Below, in pieces: positions 41,152 through 51,285 of a DNA stretch of 64,000 nt; positions within the stretch are counted from its first letter, which is position 1; each line of letters starts with the position of its first letter. The position numbers and the translations under genes were made by a program. The notes under the pieces are model-generated. The model saw only the letters and a program-made list of their open reading frames with translations. It was not told the DNA's origin and searched no databases. Source of the DNA: an uncultured cyanobacterium (GTDB taxonomy: Bacteria > Cyanobacteriota > Cyanobacteriia > PCC-9006 > JAAUQQ01). Location of the stretch: contig OY970368.1 in NCBI GenBank assembly GCA_963718615.1, forward strand, positions 672,001 to 736,000. The letters run 5' to 3'.

Positions 41152-41421
41152 ATGAAACCGATTACCCGCGTTCTTTCTGCCCTCGCATTTGCTGGTACAG
41201 TCTTCGCTGCCACGGCGGCCTTTGCTTCTCCTGTCAGTATTGCGCATCAAGCCTATCGGGGTGAACTGAAAGGTATCCCTGGCTATCAGCAACTGGAACA
41301 GGGCCTCAATTCCCACACCATCAGCATCGATGACATTATCAAGGCCGCTGGCGAAACACCTACGCCAGAGCTAAGAGCCTCTGTCCGCAGCTCTTTGCGG
41401 ACGATTGCTGACCTCAACTAG
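41152..41421 (+). CDS. Small secreted protein
   Basis: GGAG RBS, signal peptide ending AFA, AYRGELKGIPGY. Confidence 0.75.
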   Translation: MKPITRVLSALAFAGTVFAATAAFASPVSIAHQAYRGELKGIPGYQQLEQGLNSHTISIDDIIKAAGETPTPELRASVRSSLRTIADLN

Positions 41422-41471
41422 ACCATTCCTCGGAACAAGTTAGGACACCGATTTTTCAGGAGACCTTCACG

Positions 41472-41648
41472 ATGAAATCCTTCACCCGCACGTTTTCGGC
41501 TCTGATGTTTACAGCTACGCTCTTAGCAACCCAAGCATCCTTTGCGGCAACACCGACGCAAAATCTTAGCCAAAGACCCCAAGGGCAAAGCTTGATTGAA
41601 TATCAGTTCGGTTTGTTCTCCAGTGCCCACGAAAAGAATAACGATTGA
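41472..41648 (+). CDS. 58-aa secreted peptide (below ORF-track cutoff)
   Basis: AGGAG RBS; MKSFTRTFSALMFTATLLATQASFAATPTQNLSQRPQGQSLIEYQFGLFSSAHEKNND*. Confidence 0.7.
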   Translation: MKSFTRTFSALMFTATLLATQASFAATPTQNLSQRPQGQSLIEYQFGLFSSAHEKNND

Positions 41649-41715
41649 GGTTACAACTGCTTCACGTTTCTTTTCGGTTGATTTAAATTAGAACGACAAA
41701 TTTTCTATGCCAGTC

Positions 41716-41748
41716 TGGCTCCTACTCCATGGGTAGGAGCCATTTATT
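41716..41748 (+). terminator. Intrinsic terminator
   Basis: TGGCTCCTAC-TCCATGG-GTAGGAGCCA followed by TTTATT. Confidence 0.65.
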
Positions 41749-42265
41749 GTTCATGGTATAGATTTACTGTGATGAAGCTCTACCTCTAGTCCTAAAGCCT
41801 GCACGGTTTTTGCACGGTCCATCCGGCAAGGTAGAACTATCCACGCTCCACCTGGATACTCACCCATGGTTTCATCGCCCCTCACCTCGACAACGCCAAT
41901 TGCTAAAACTCCAGTTTCTGTTTCCCCCACCTCTGGAAGCCAGCGAAATCATTTGATTAGCAAACTAGCTGATTGCATTGAGTCCGTTTGGCAGCAATTT
42001 CTTGATCTTTCGCCCTACGAAATTCCTGACGATTTAGGATACGTCGAAGGCACCCTGGAAGGCGATCGCCTCGTCATCGAAAACCGCTGTTATCAAACCC
42101 CTCAATTCCGCAAACTCCATCTTGAGCTGGCGAGGGTGAGCGATCGCCTCCATATCCTTCACTGCGTCATGTTCCCCCGAATTACCTACCAGAAATTTCC
42201 GCAGTGCTCCGCCTATACCCGAAGGGTTAGGGGGTGGTGAAGCGGAGCGCGACCGCAGGAAGCAA

Positions 42266-42679
42266 CTAATCAATCTCGGCCTGCTGTTGAATATATTGCC
42301 TGAGAACAGATATGGGGGCTCCGCCACAAGAAATAATGCAGTAGGAACGACTCCAAAAAATCGGCTTATCTTGGTAGATCTGATTAAGGTGTTCACCAAA
42401 CTCTTTCCTGAGTAACCGACTAGAGACAGTTTTTAAGTTGTTCACCAACTTTGACGGCTGAACCTTGGGATTGATCGAGATAAGAAGATGAACATGGTCA
42501 GCCTCCCCATTAAACTCAAGCAGGTCGCCATCCCACTTAACGAGCGTCTGTGCGAATATCTCTCGCATCCTTTCCAGCATGGGTTTCGTGATGCACTTTC
42601 GTCGGTACTTAGTGCAAGCGACTAAGTGGAATTGAAGATTATAGGAGCAGTGGTGGAGGGTGTTTAACTGTTGCGACAT
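42266..42679 (-). CDS. tnpA: IS200/IS605 Y1 transposase
   Basis: HLVACTKYRR, DHVH, RQYIQQQ. Confidence 0.95.
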   Translation of the reverse strand: MSQQLNTLHHCSYNLQFHLVACTKYRRKCITKPMLERMREIFAQTLVKWDGDLLEFNGEADHVHLLISINPKVQPSKLVNNLKTVSSRLLRKEFGEHLNQIYQDKPIFWSRSYCIISCGGAPISVLRQYIQQQAEID

Positions 42680-42706
42680 TGTGGGCGACTAAGCTAGAAT
42701 AAGACC

Positions 42707-43894
42707 ATGCTAACACTGACCTATGAGTACAAGCTGAAGCCAACCGCTCAGCAGATTGAGGAGCTAGAAAATAGCTTGGATGTTTGCCGAAAAGTCTGGA
42801 ATTATGCCCTCAAAGAGCGCAAGGACTGGATTGCTTCAAGAAAGTGTCCTATCAATGCTTGCTCAATTCGGGGTGAGTACATCATGGCGGCGGATGCTCC
42901 CTATCCCGGTTTTGCTCACCAGTGCAAATCCCTGACCCAAGCCAAGAAGACTAATCCTGAGCTCAAGTCTGTCAATGCTCAATCCCTTCAGCAAGTGCTG
43001 AAGACTTTAGAAAAGGCATTCAAGGATAGGGCAGAGCGGGGGTTTGGGTTTCCTCGGTTTAAGAAGTCGGGGCAAATGAAGTCGTTTCTGTTTCCTCAAT
43101 TGGGCAAGACTCCACTGGGAGACGGGTGGGTAAATCTTCCCAGTATCGGGGAAATTGCTATCCGGCAGTCTCGGCCCTATCCCGAAGGCTTCCAGGTGAA
43201 GCAGGCCAGGATAGTGAAGCGGGCGTCAGGGTTTTATGTGATGCTCTGTTTTCAAGCGGAGTTGTCCATTCCCGATGTGCCATTGGTAGGTCAGTGTGTG
43301 GGTGTCGATGTGGGGTTGGAATATTTCCTGTCAGCCTCGGATGGGCTGCAAGTTCATCGTCCTCGGTTTTTCGTTGACCTGCAAAGCGAGCTGAAATTGC
43401 TGCAACGCAGACTCAAGAAAAAGGTGCTGGGGTCGAAGAACTGGAAAAAGCTTCAACTCAAGAGCGCAAAGCTGCATGAACGAATCAGCAACACTCGCAA
43501 GGATTTTCACTTCAAGATTGCTCATCTGCTCTGTGACCGGAGCGATGTGATTGTGGTGGAGAATCTGAATCTAGTGGGCTTGTCCCGTGGCATGTTGGGT
43601 AAACACATGCTCGATGCTGGCTTGGGACAGTTCCTGAATCAGATTTTGCCCTGGGTGTGTTTTAAGCGAGGGAAGGGGTATCTAAAAGTGGATGCCCGTG
43701 GAACCTCTCAGCAATGCCCTGATTGTGGTCATGCTGTCAAAAAGACGCTTTCAGACCGTTGGCATAATTGTCCCCATTGCGGGTCATCGATGCCTCGGGA
43801 CATTGCGAGTGCAATTGTAATCAAACAAAGAGCCGTGGGGCGCACGGTTCAAGAAAAGGCTTGTGGAGACGGTCTAGCGGGGGTGGCGGCATGA
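42707..43894 (+). CDS. tnpB: RNA-guided endonuclease TnpB
   Basis: GVDVG / VENL / RDIAS RuvC residues and CPDC..CPHC zinc ribbon. Confidence 0.95.
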   Translation: MLTLTYEYKLKPTAQQIEELENSLDVCRKVWNYALKERKDWIASRKCPINACSIRGEYIMAADAPYPGFAHQCKSLTQAKKTNPELKSVNAQSLQQVLKTLEKAFKDRAERGFGFPRFKKSGQMKSFLFPQLGKTPLGDGWVNLPSIGEIAIRQSRPYPEGFQVKQARIVKRASGFYVMLCFQAELSIPDVPLVGQCVGVDVGLEYFLSASDGLQVHRPRFFVDLQSELKLLQRRLKKKVLGSKNWKKLQLKSAKLHERISNTRKDFHFKIAHLLCDRSDVIVVENLNLVGLSRGMLGKHMLDAGLGQFLNQILPWVCFKRGKGYLKVDARGTSQQCPDCGHAVKKTLSDRWHNCPHCGSSMPRDIASAIVIKQRAVGRTVQEKACGDGLAGVAA

Positions 43895-44619
43895 ATGTGC
43901 TGTTATCTAGCCAAGAGTCTGTGAAACAGGAATCTCCATCCATATCGCCTAGCGATTGGGTGGATGAGCGTCAAGATTTGCCAATCTTTGGGGCCGATCT
44001 CGTGGGCCAAACCCATTCTATTAGTGCTGCGATCGCCGATCTTTCACCGGTCCAGAGCGATCGCCAGCTTCCCGCAGCCTATCAAACCGCCCTCAAATCA
44101 CTGCCCGAGATACAGTTTTCTGAACCTCGTGCCTTGCCAGACTGGGGAGATATTTTTTCTGATTTCTGTTTATTTGTGCGGCCTCAAACCCCGGAGGAAG
44201 AAGCGTTGTTCTTTGAGCGAGTCCGGAGCTTTTTAAGCTTACATTGCCAAATCGCAACCGCCTCAAAACCGCTGCAATCGCAATCGGCGATCGCCCCTAT
44301 CCAAGCCGGACACCAACATTACTGCGATCGCCAGCGCCAAAACGACAAAACCCGCCGCGTCCTCGTAATGTCCTTTGGAGAAGCCTGGGCCGATCGCTAT
44401 ATGAAAACCATGCTGTTTGACGATCCAGCCTCTTGAGAGAGATTTATAGATTTTTAAGTCCGTTTTCAAGACCTTAATATTCTCCAATCTTGACGCTAAC
44501 CCAAGGATAAGAAGAATTAAGGAACAAAGAATAGGGAAATCAAGGGCGAACCATACCAAATTTTCTTTGAACTTGCCTTTTCTTATTGTTTTTTCACATT
44601 TTCCGAAACAATTGTTTAC

Positions 44620-44650
44620 TGCTTTTACAGAACTTTATCTTCTATAATTG
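44620..44650 (+). promoter_or_regulatory. Probable cpc operon promoter
   Basis: TATAAT at 44643-44648 in an AT-rich stretch ~370 nt upstream of cpcB. Confidence 0.5.
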
Positions 44651-45015
44651 CACAAGAATTGCACAATCAGGTTGCTTTAATCGAAATCAGGTTCAAATGG
44701 CACTTAGTTCTTGACTGTCTCCAGACAAGAATTAACCGCTAGGCTCCGCTGGCGGAGTTTCGATTCTGCCAGTGTCGTCTTAGCGGGGCTACCGCGAACA
44801 CCTGGGTCCGACAAAGGGATTTGTTGTCCAGATTTCAGCATAACCATTGCCGAGCGACCTTGAATTAAAGCAAGATTTCATCTTTCCAATCGAGTCCAAA
44901 GGCTTGATCGCTGATTGCTCGGTTGGAGGGTGTTTTCATCAAGAGCGTTCGCGGATTGAGCGGATTAAATCAATATCCACCCTTTTTAATAAGGTTTATT
45001 AGGAGAACAACAAGA

Positions 45016-45534
45016 ATGCTAGACGCTTTCACCAAGGTAGTTGCCCAAGCTGATGCTCGCGGCGAATTCATCAGCGGTAGCCAAATCGATGCTCTTAACG
45101 CCATGGTTGCCGATGGCAGCAAGCGTATGGACGCTGTCAACCGGATGACCGGAAATGCCTCCACGATCGTTGCAAACGCAGCTCGTGCACTGTTTGCTGA
45201 GCAGCCCGCTCTGATCGCTCCCGGTGGTAATGCTTACACCAACCGCCGCATGGCTGCTTGTCTGCGGGACATGGAAATCATCCTGCGCTACGTCACCTAC
45301 GCAACCTTTGCAGGTGATTCTTCCGTACTAGAAGATCGCTGCCTCAATGGCCTGCGTGAAACCTACCTCGCTCTGGGCGTTCCCGGCGCGTCTGTTTCAG
45401 AAGGCGTGAACAAAATGAAGGCTGCCGCTCTCGACATCGTCAACGACCGTAACGGTATCACCCCTGGCGATTGCAGCGCTTTGGTTTCCGAAATCGGTGG
45501 CTATTTCGATCGCGCTGCTGCTGCGGTCGGCTAA
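45016..45534 (+). CDS. cpcB: Phycocyanin beta subunit
   Basis: [32 protein letters not shown]; 172 aa; AGGAG RBS. Confidence 0.98.
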   Translation: MLDAFTKVVAQADARGEFISGSQIDALNAMVADGSKRMDAVNRMTGNASTIVANAARALFAEQPALIAPGGNAYTNRRMAACLRDMEIILRYVTYATFAGDSSVLEDRCLNGLRETYLALGVPGASVSEGVNKMKAAALDIVNDRNGITPGDCSALVSEIGGYFDRAAAAVG

Positions 45535-45601
45535 ACGTCACATCGATTTAGATGCTGACTTTAACTTTCGAATTTTTGTAAAACATCGAGACATACCATC
45601 A

Positions 45602-46090
45602 ATGAAAACCCCTCTTACTGAAGCCGTCGCTGCTGCTGATTCCCAAGGCCGTTTCCTGAGCAGCACCGAAATGCAAGCTGCCTTTGGCCGTTTTCGCCAA
45701 GCCACTTCTGGTCTGCAAGCCGCTAAAGCACTGAGCGACAAGGCTGACTCCTTGGTCAACGGCGCAGCTCAAGCCGTTTATGGCAAGTTCCCCTACACCA
45801 CCCAAATGCAGGGCAACAACTTCGCAGCGTCTTCGGAAGGCAAAGCGAAGTGCGCTCGTGACATCGGTTACTACCTCCGCATGGTCACCTACTGCCTCGT
45901 TGCAGGCGGCACTGGCCCCATGGATGAGTACCTGCTTGCCGGTCTCGACGAGATCAACAAGACCTTTGATCTCTCCCCCAGCTGGTATGTTGAAGCGCTG
46001 AAGTACATCAAAGCAAACCATGGTTTGTCTGGTGACCCCGCTGTTGAAGCGAACTCCTACCTCGACTACGCCATCAACGCACTGAGCTAA
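45602..46090 (+). CDS. cpcA: Phycocyanin alpha subunit
   Basis: [29 protein letters not shown]; 162 aa. Confidence 0.98.
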   Translation: MKTPLTEAVAAADSQGRFLSSTEMQAAFGRFRQATSGLQAAKALSDKADSLVNGAAQAVYGKFPYTTQMQGNNFAASSEGKAKCARDIGYYLRMVTYCLVAGGTGPMDEYLLAGLDEINKTFDLSPSWYVEALKYIKANHGLSGDPAVEANSYLDYAINALS

Positions 46091-46135
46091 TCTCTCATTG
46101 CCTGTTCTTGAGATTTTCTTGAATTAGTGAGAGTT

Positions 46136-46197
46136 GAGTTCGGGACAGTTTGAGATGGCTTTGATCGGCGATCTCTTGCTGTTCCGACTCGTTTTTT
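46136..46197 (+). terminator. Stem-loop after cpcA (partial terminator or stabiliser)
   Basis: GAGTTCGGGACAG..CTGTTCCGACTC followed by a T-run. Confidence 0.6.
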
Positions 46198-46248
46198 AGA
46201 GCGTTTTTTGTGTTGCGGTTAATTGTGTTGCAATTAAGGAGTTAAACC

Positions 46249-47067
46249 ATGTCTAGTTTGACGGCTGCCCGCCAGCTTGGGTTTGAGCCCTATGCCAACA
46301 CCTCTCCGGTCGAGTTGCGGGAAAAACAGACCGAAGAAGATGTGCAGGCAGTCATCCAAGCTTCCTACCGGCAGATCTTCGGTAATGCACATTTGATGGA
46401 AATGGAGCGGCTTAGCAGTGCTGAGTCGCTTCTTCGTCAAGGGAACATTCGCGTTCGAGACTTTGTGCGACAGCTTGCCCTGTCGGAGCTCTATCGCAAC
46501 AAGTTCTTTTACTCAACCCCCCAGGTTCGGTTCATTGAGCTGAACTTTAAGCATTTGCTGGGTCGCGCTCCCTATGATGAGTCTGAGATCGCTTACCATG
46601 TTGATCTCTACGTCAATGAAGGCTATGAAGCAGAGATCGATTCTTATATTGATTCTGCCGAATACGAGGATAGCTTTGGAGATTCGGTCGTCCCCTATTA
46701 TCGGGGTTTTGAAAGCCAGAACGGTCAAAAAACTGTAGGTTTCAACCGAATGTTTCAGCTGTATCGCGGTTATGCCAATAGCGATCGCTCCCAGGGTAAA
46801 AACAAATCTGCTTGGCTTACGCAATCCTTGGCTATGAATCTGGCCAATGCGATTCAAACGCCGGAGTTTGGTAAGGCGCTGGCGGGTACAACCAAGGGCG
46901 ATCGCAGTAAGTTCTTCCGGGTTCAGGTCAACCAAGGGAGCAGCAAAGGTGCAGCCCAGCGTCGTCGCAGCATGGGCGAATATGTGGTGACCTATGAGCA
47001 GCTCTCGCCAACGCTTCAGCGTTTAAATCAGCGCGGCGCGCGCATCGTCAGCATTTCACCCGCTTAG
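46249..47067 (+). CDS. cpcC: Phycocyanin rod linker (~30 kDa type)
   Basis: [14 protein letters not shown] linker domain plus CpcD-like C-terminus. Confidence 0.92.
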   Translation: MSSLTAARQLGFEPYANTSPVELREKQTEEDVQAVIQASYRQIFGNAHLMEMERLSSAESLLRQGNIRVRDFVRQLALSELYRNKFFYSTPQVRFIELNFKHLLGRAPYDESEIAYHVDLYVNEGYEAEIDSYIDSAEYEDSFGDSVVPYYRGFESQNGQKTVGFNRMFQLYRGYANSDRSQGKNKSAWLTQSLAMNLANAIQTPEFGKALAGTTKGDRSKFFRVQVNQGSSKGAAQRRRSMGEYVVTYEQLSPTLQRLNQRGARIVSISPA

Positions 47068-47159
47068 CTTAGGCCAAATGAGCTCAATTTGGCGCGCTCA
47101 CGAAGGGATAAACCATTCCCTTCCCCTCATCTTTCCATTTTGTCCAAGGAGAAGAATCT

Positions 47160-48029
47160 GTGGCCATCACAACCGGAGCATCCCGTTTAGGAACTAGTGC
47201 ATTTAGCAATGCTAGCCCAACGGAATTGCGCCCTAACTTTACCCAAGCTGAAGCTCAAAGTGTGATTAATGCCGTTTATCGGCATGTGCTCGGCAATGAC
47301 TATGTCATGAGCAGTGAGCGTCTTGTTGCACTGGAATCGTTGCTCTGTAACGGACAACTCACCGTGCGAGAATTTGTACGGGCCGTGGCGAAGTCTGATC
47401 TGTACAAAACGAAGTTTCTCTATCCTCATTTTCAAACGCGGGTGATTGAGCTCAACTTCAAACATTTGTTGGGTCGCGCTCCCTACGATGAATCTGAGGT
47501 CATTGAGCACCTCGATCGCTATCAAACTGAAGGGTTTGAAGCCGATATCGATTCCTACATTAATTCCGCTGAATATGAGGAAAACTTTGGCGATGCCATT
47601 GTGCCTTATTATCGCGGTTTTACCACTCAAACCTCGCAGAAAATGGCTGGGTTTACGCGCATGTTCCGTCTCTATCGGGGCTACGCCAATAGCGATCGCG
47701 CCCAGATCGGCGGTGCATCTTCGCGTCTCGCCACCGAATTGGCTCAAAATAGCGTTTCCCCCATCGTTGCGCCCTCGGGCGGCAGTTCTGGCTTCGCTTA
47801 CAAGCCTTCGGAACGCAATACGGCACCCAAGCGAGCCTTTGGCCAATCTTCGTTTAATGCGTCGAAGAATCTTTATCGGATTGAGGTGGCAGGTCTTGCC
47901 CTGTCTCGCTATCCGAAAGTGCGTCGTAGCAATCGGGAATTTATCGTTCCCTACGAACAGCTATCCAGCACATTGCAAAAGATTCAGCGGTTAGGTGGCA
48001 AAGTCGCCAGTGTTACACTTGCTCAATAG
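47160..48029 (+). CDS. cpcC: Phycocyanin rod linker (~33 kDa type)
   Basis: [11 protein letters not shown] start, linker domain, [12 protein letters not shown] end. Confidence 0.93.
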   Translation: MAITTGASRLGTSAFSNASPTELRPNFTQAEAQSVINAVYRHVLGNDYVMSSERLVALESLLCNGQLTVREFVRAVAKSDLYKTKFLYPHFQTRVIELNFKHLLGRAPYDESEVIEHLDRYQTEGFEADIDSYINSAEYEENFGDAIVPYYRGFTTQTSQKMAGFTRMFRLYRGYANSDRAQIGGASSRLATELAQNSVSPIVAPSGGSSGFAYKPSERNTAPKRAFGQSSFNASKNLYRIEVAGLALSRYPKVRRSNREFIVPYEQLSSTLQKIQRLGGKVASVTLAQ

Positions 48030-48051
48030 ATTATTATTCGGGAGGATTGCT

Positions 48052-48300
48052 ATGTTAGGACAATCGACATTGACAAATGCAGCCAGTTCCTCAGCAAACA
48101 ATCGCTTGTTTGTTTATGAGGTCGAAGGGTTGCGGCAAAATGATCAAACGGAGCAATCCGCTCATGCGATTCGCCAAAGCGGAACGGTTTCCATTGCGGT
48201 TCCCTATAGTCGAATGAATGAAGAAATGCGTCGGATTAGTCGTCTTGGTGGCAAGATTGTAGCGATCCGGTCGGCGGATGCGGCTGCGACTGAATCCTAG
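48052..48300 (+). CDS. cpcD: Rod-capping linker
   Basis: MLGQS..FVYEVEGLRQ..VPYSRMNEEMRRISRLGGKIV; GGAGG RBS. Confidence 0.95.
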   Translation: MLGQSTLTNAASSSANNRLFVYEVEGLRQNDQTEQSAHAIRQSGTVSIAVPYSRMNEEMRRISRLGGKIVAIRSADAAATES

Positions 48301-48334
48301 AAGTTTGCTGGCAAGAAGTTATCTAGAAGTTGAG

Positions 48335-48363
48335 AGAAAGGTGCGATCGCACCTTTCTTTTTT
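48335..48363 (+). terminator. Intrinsic terminator centred on a HIP1 site
   Basis: AGAAAGGTGCGATCGCACCTTTCT followed by a T-run. Confidence 0.75.
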
Positions 48364-48453
48364 ATATTTTCCTTTTTTATACTTTTCGTTTTAGATTCTT
48401 TTCTATGTGAAATATGATGGTGCTGACCCTATTAGCATTAATAGCCTCAAGCT

Positions 48454-48906
48454 TTAGCCCAAACCAAACTCCTGCATCGCCGGTAAAAAGTTATGATTTT
48501 CATGACTCGGACGACTCAGTTTGATCAGGGCAAAGCGCTGTAGCGGCGTTAACTGAATCCAATCAGAGAGCGATAGGGTCAAGTCAAATTCCTGTGCCTT
48601 CTGCAAAACAGCTGGGGGCACTTGGGCGGTATCTAGCCAAGCAGGATGGGCATCAATCACTAAGGTTTTAGCGGGTGACCCCGTTTGTTCTGTGATTAGG
48701 GTTTGTAGATAATCTCGATAGGCAGCAGAGGTTTCCGCCGTTTCACAAGGCTGGTCAATGAGCATTTGTTTTTGAGCCGTGGTAAACCCATTCCAATGGG
48801 AAAGTTTGAGTTTCACACCACAGGTATCAAGATTCAGTCGAACCTGCATGGGAATGCAGCGAAGCGACTCGATAAACTCAGTTTCAAACTTAAAAAATTG
48901 CGCCAT
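48454..48906 (-). CDS. narM: Nitrate reductase-associated protein
   Basis: [38 protein letters not shown]; overlaps narB end. Confidence 0.9.
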   Translation of the reverse strand: MAQFFKFETEFIESLRCIPMQVRLNLDTCGVKLKLSHWNGFTTAQKQMLIDQPCETAETSAAYRDYLQTLITEQTGSPAKTLVIDAHPAWLDTAQVPPAVLQKAQEFDLTLSLSDWIQLTPLQRFALIKLSRPSHENHNFLPAMQEFGLG

Positions 48907-51136
48907 ACTTTTGCTCGATTGTAAGCGATCGCACCAAACCGAACAACAGGCCCGTCTCCACCCCCAGCCCTTTCGAGTCCTCCACCTCAATCGGCAATAG
49001 CTGTACCGCACAAGCCTTCAACTCCGGCTGCAACGAGATCGGGCACACTTCGCCATGGGTTAAGGCATTGGCTTCCGCATCGTTTGCCCATAAAAAACCC
49101 CAATGCATCGGCACAAACACCATACCAGGGCAAATCGCTCTGGTCACCAACAAGGGAAGTCGGGCGGTGCCCCGTTTCGAGCGAACCTCGATCACCTGAT
49201 TCGCCCTAAATCCTAACCGCTCCGCATCCCGAGGATGGATTTCAAGCTGGGCTTGGGGATGCAGCTTGCGAATCTTTTCAATATGCCCTGTTCGGGTCTG
49301 GGTATGCCAATGACCATACAACCGTCCCGTTGTCAGAACAAAGGGATACTCTGAATCCGGCGGTTCGGCCAAGCCCTTAGCATGGAACGCAACAAATCTA
49401 GCGCGTCCACTGGGCGTGTAAAAGCGATGGTCCGTATAGAGACGCTTATTCAACTTTTCTGCTGCCGTTGCCTCCGTTTCTATCTGGGGCAACGGCCATT
49501 GCAGTGGCCCCGTAGCTAACCGCTCATGACTCATGCCGCTCATGTCACAGGGACGACCCGCCGTGAGCGCGACAAATTCAGCATGAACCTCTGCCGCCGT
49601 GGTTGCTTCAAACTGGGCCGCAAAACCCAACCGTCGTCCCACCTCCGCAAAAATTTGCCAATCCGCTTTGGCCTGACCTCGCGGTCGCTTAAAGGCCTTG
49701 CACAGCGTCACGACCCGTTCAGAATTAGTCATCACCCCCGTCTTTTCGCCCCACTGGGCCGCAGGCAAAAGCACATGGGCAAACTCGGTGGTTTCGGTGG
49801 GGAAATAGGCATCCTGACAAATAGTAAAGGGCGAATTGCGCAGCGCTTTCTTCGTTCGCTCTAAGTCCGGCATACTCACCGCCGGATTCGTTGCCGCCAC
49901 CCAAAACACCTCCACCTCGCCTCGCTCTAAGGCCAAAATCATCTCCCAAGCAGCCAATCCCGGCTGGGGTGAAATTGAGTTTGCTGGCAATTGCCAAGCT
50001 TGTTCTAGGACCCGGCGGTCCTCGGCGTTTTGAACCAAGCGATACCCTGGCAAAATATGGGACAGTCCCCCGGCTTCGCGACCGCCCATGGCATTGGGTT
50101 GCCCTGTCAACGAAAACGGTCCAGCCCCTGGACGACCCATATTGCCGGTCAGCAAATGGAGGTTGATAATGCTGCAAACCTTGGCGGTCCCTTCGCTAGA
50201 CTGATTAACCCCCATAGACCAGAGCGATAAAACCCGTTTTGATTTAGCCCAGAGTCGGGCGGCGGCGGCGAGATGCTGGATTGAGATCCCACAGACTTCT
50301 GCAACGACGTCCGGTGGATAATGCTGAACCGTTTCAGCATAGGATTTGAAGTCTTCAGTACAACTCTCAATGTAGCCGTAGTCAATTTTGCCCCACTTTA
50401 ACAGCAAATGCGCAATGCCATTAAGGAGCGTGATATCGGTTCCCGGCTGAATGGCTAAATGTAGCGTCGCTGCTTCAGCGGTTTTTGTACGACGCGGGTC
50501 TACGACAATTAAAGTCGCCGTTCGACGATTTTTCTTCAGATGTTTGTGCAAGCGATTAAAAATAATCGGGTGACAGTCTGCGGTGTTGGTGCCGATGAGA
50601 AAAGCACAGTCGGTTTCTTCTAAATCGTCATAGCAACAGGGGGGGCCATCCGCGCCAAAGTTTTGGATATATCCGGCCACGGCTGAAGACATGCAGAGCC
50701 GAGAATTAGCATCAAAATTATTCGTACCCAGACAGCCCTTGATCAGTTTTTGCGCTGTGTAATAATCCTCAGTTTGGAATTGGCCTGAGCCATACATACA
50801 AATTGAATCGGGGCCTTTTGTGGCGATCGCCCGCCGAATTTTCGACACAACCAAACCATAAGCCTCTTCCCATTCCACTTGCCGAAAGGGTTGATCCAAC
50901 GATTCCCTCACCATTGGGTAGAGCAAACGGCTTTTGTCCAATGCTTCTCCCACCGTTGCCCCTTTAACACAGACGAGGCCCTTGCTAGAAGGATGGGTGC
51001 GATCGCCCCGCGCTTGCCAAAGGGGGGTTCCTTCCGAGTCTCGGTTGATCGCTTTTCCCGGCTGAGCTGGGGGCACCACTTCAAGACCACAGCCTACGCC
51101 ACAGTAAGGACATTGGGTTTTCGTAAACTCAGCCAT
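48890..51136 (-). CDS. narB: Ferredoxin-nitrate reductase
   Basis: [32 protein letters not shown] molybdopterin motifs. Confidence 0.96.
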   Translation of the reverse strand: MAEFTKTQCPYCGVGCGLEVVPPAQPGKAINRDSEGTPLWQARGDRTHPSSKGLVCVKGATVGEALDKSRLLYPMVRESLDQPFRQVEWEEAYGLVVSKIRRAIATKGPDSICMYGSGQFQTEDYYTAQKLIKGCLGTNNFDANSRLCMSSAVAGYIQNFGADGPPCCYDDLEETDCAFLIGTNTADCHPIIFNRLHKHLKKNRRTATLIVVDPRRTKTAEAATLHLAIQPGTDITLLNGIAHLLLKWGKIDYGYIESCTEDFKSYAETVQHYPPDVVAEVCGISIQHLAAAARLWAKSKRVLSLWSMGVNQSSEGTAKVCSIINLHLLTGNMGRPGAGPFSLTGQPNAMGGREAGGLSHILPGYRLVQNAEDRRVLEQAWQLPANSISPQPGLAAWEMILALERGEVEVFWVAATNPAVSMPDLERTKKALRNSPFTICQDAYFPTETTEFAHVLLPAAQWGEKTGVMTNSERVVTLCKAFKRPRGQAKADWQIFAEVGRRLGFAAQFEATTAAEVHAEFVALTAGRPCDMSGMSHERLATGPLQWPLPQIETEATAAEKLNKRLYTDHRFYTPSGRARFVAFHAKGLAEPPDSEYPFVLTTGRLYGHWHTQTRTGHIEKIRKLHPQAQLEIHPRDAERLGFRANQVIEVRSKRGTARLPLLVTRAICPGMVFVPMHWGFLWANDAEANALTHGEVCPISLQPELKACAVQLLPIEVEDSKGLGVETGLLFGLVRSLTIEQKYGAIF

Positions 51137-51176
51137 TGACCCGACTCCATGTTACCCATGGGCGAAATGCTTCACG

Positions 51177-51218
51177 AGCGTAGAAGGTTCAGAACAGGGA
51201 CTTTGTTACAACAGCTAC
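51177..51218 (-). promoter_or_regulatory. NtcA-activated promoter of narB
   Basis: Minus strand GTA-N8-AAC (51218-51205), 22 nt, then TACGCT (-10); an AT-N11-AT LysR/NtcB-type box at 51247-51261. Confidence 0.75.
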
Positions 51219-51285
51219 TCAAAAATCATCAATTTGCTTTCTATTCATAAATAATATGCATTTTTTGAATTACCTGAAACGGCAA

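Larger units (their letters stand above)
42190..43974 (+). mobile_element. IS200/IS605 element (divergent tnpA + tnpB), inserted 3' of CTAC
   Basis: Ends fixed by the pcyA frame; subterminal hairpins with AGTG and GAAT at their feet; right end TCAA; no target duplication. Confidence 0.95.
41866..44436 (+). pseudogene. pcyA: Phycocyanobilin:ferredoxin oxidoreductase interrupted by IS605
   Basis: [22 protein letters not shown] | DLPIFGADLVG..YCDRQRQNDKTRRVL; joining 42189 to 43975 gives one uninterrupted ORF. Confidence 0.95.

Noticed and set aside
42190-43974. IStron (group I intron-IS605 chimera) that would splice out of pcyA mRNA
   Set aside because: The tnpA stop lies only ~76 nt inside the left end, leaving no room for a group I core, and I saw no intron motifs
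44611-44632. RpaB HLR1 site in the cpc promoter
   Set aside because: The TTAC units are 9 nt apart instead of the 10-nt period of HLR1
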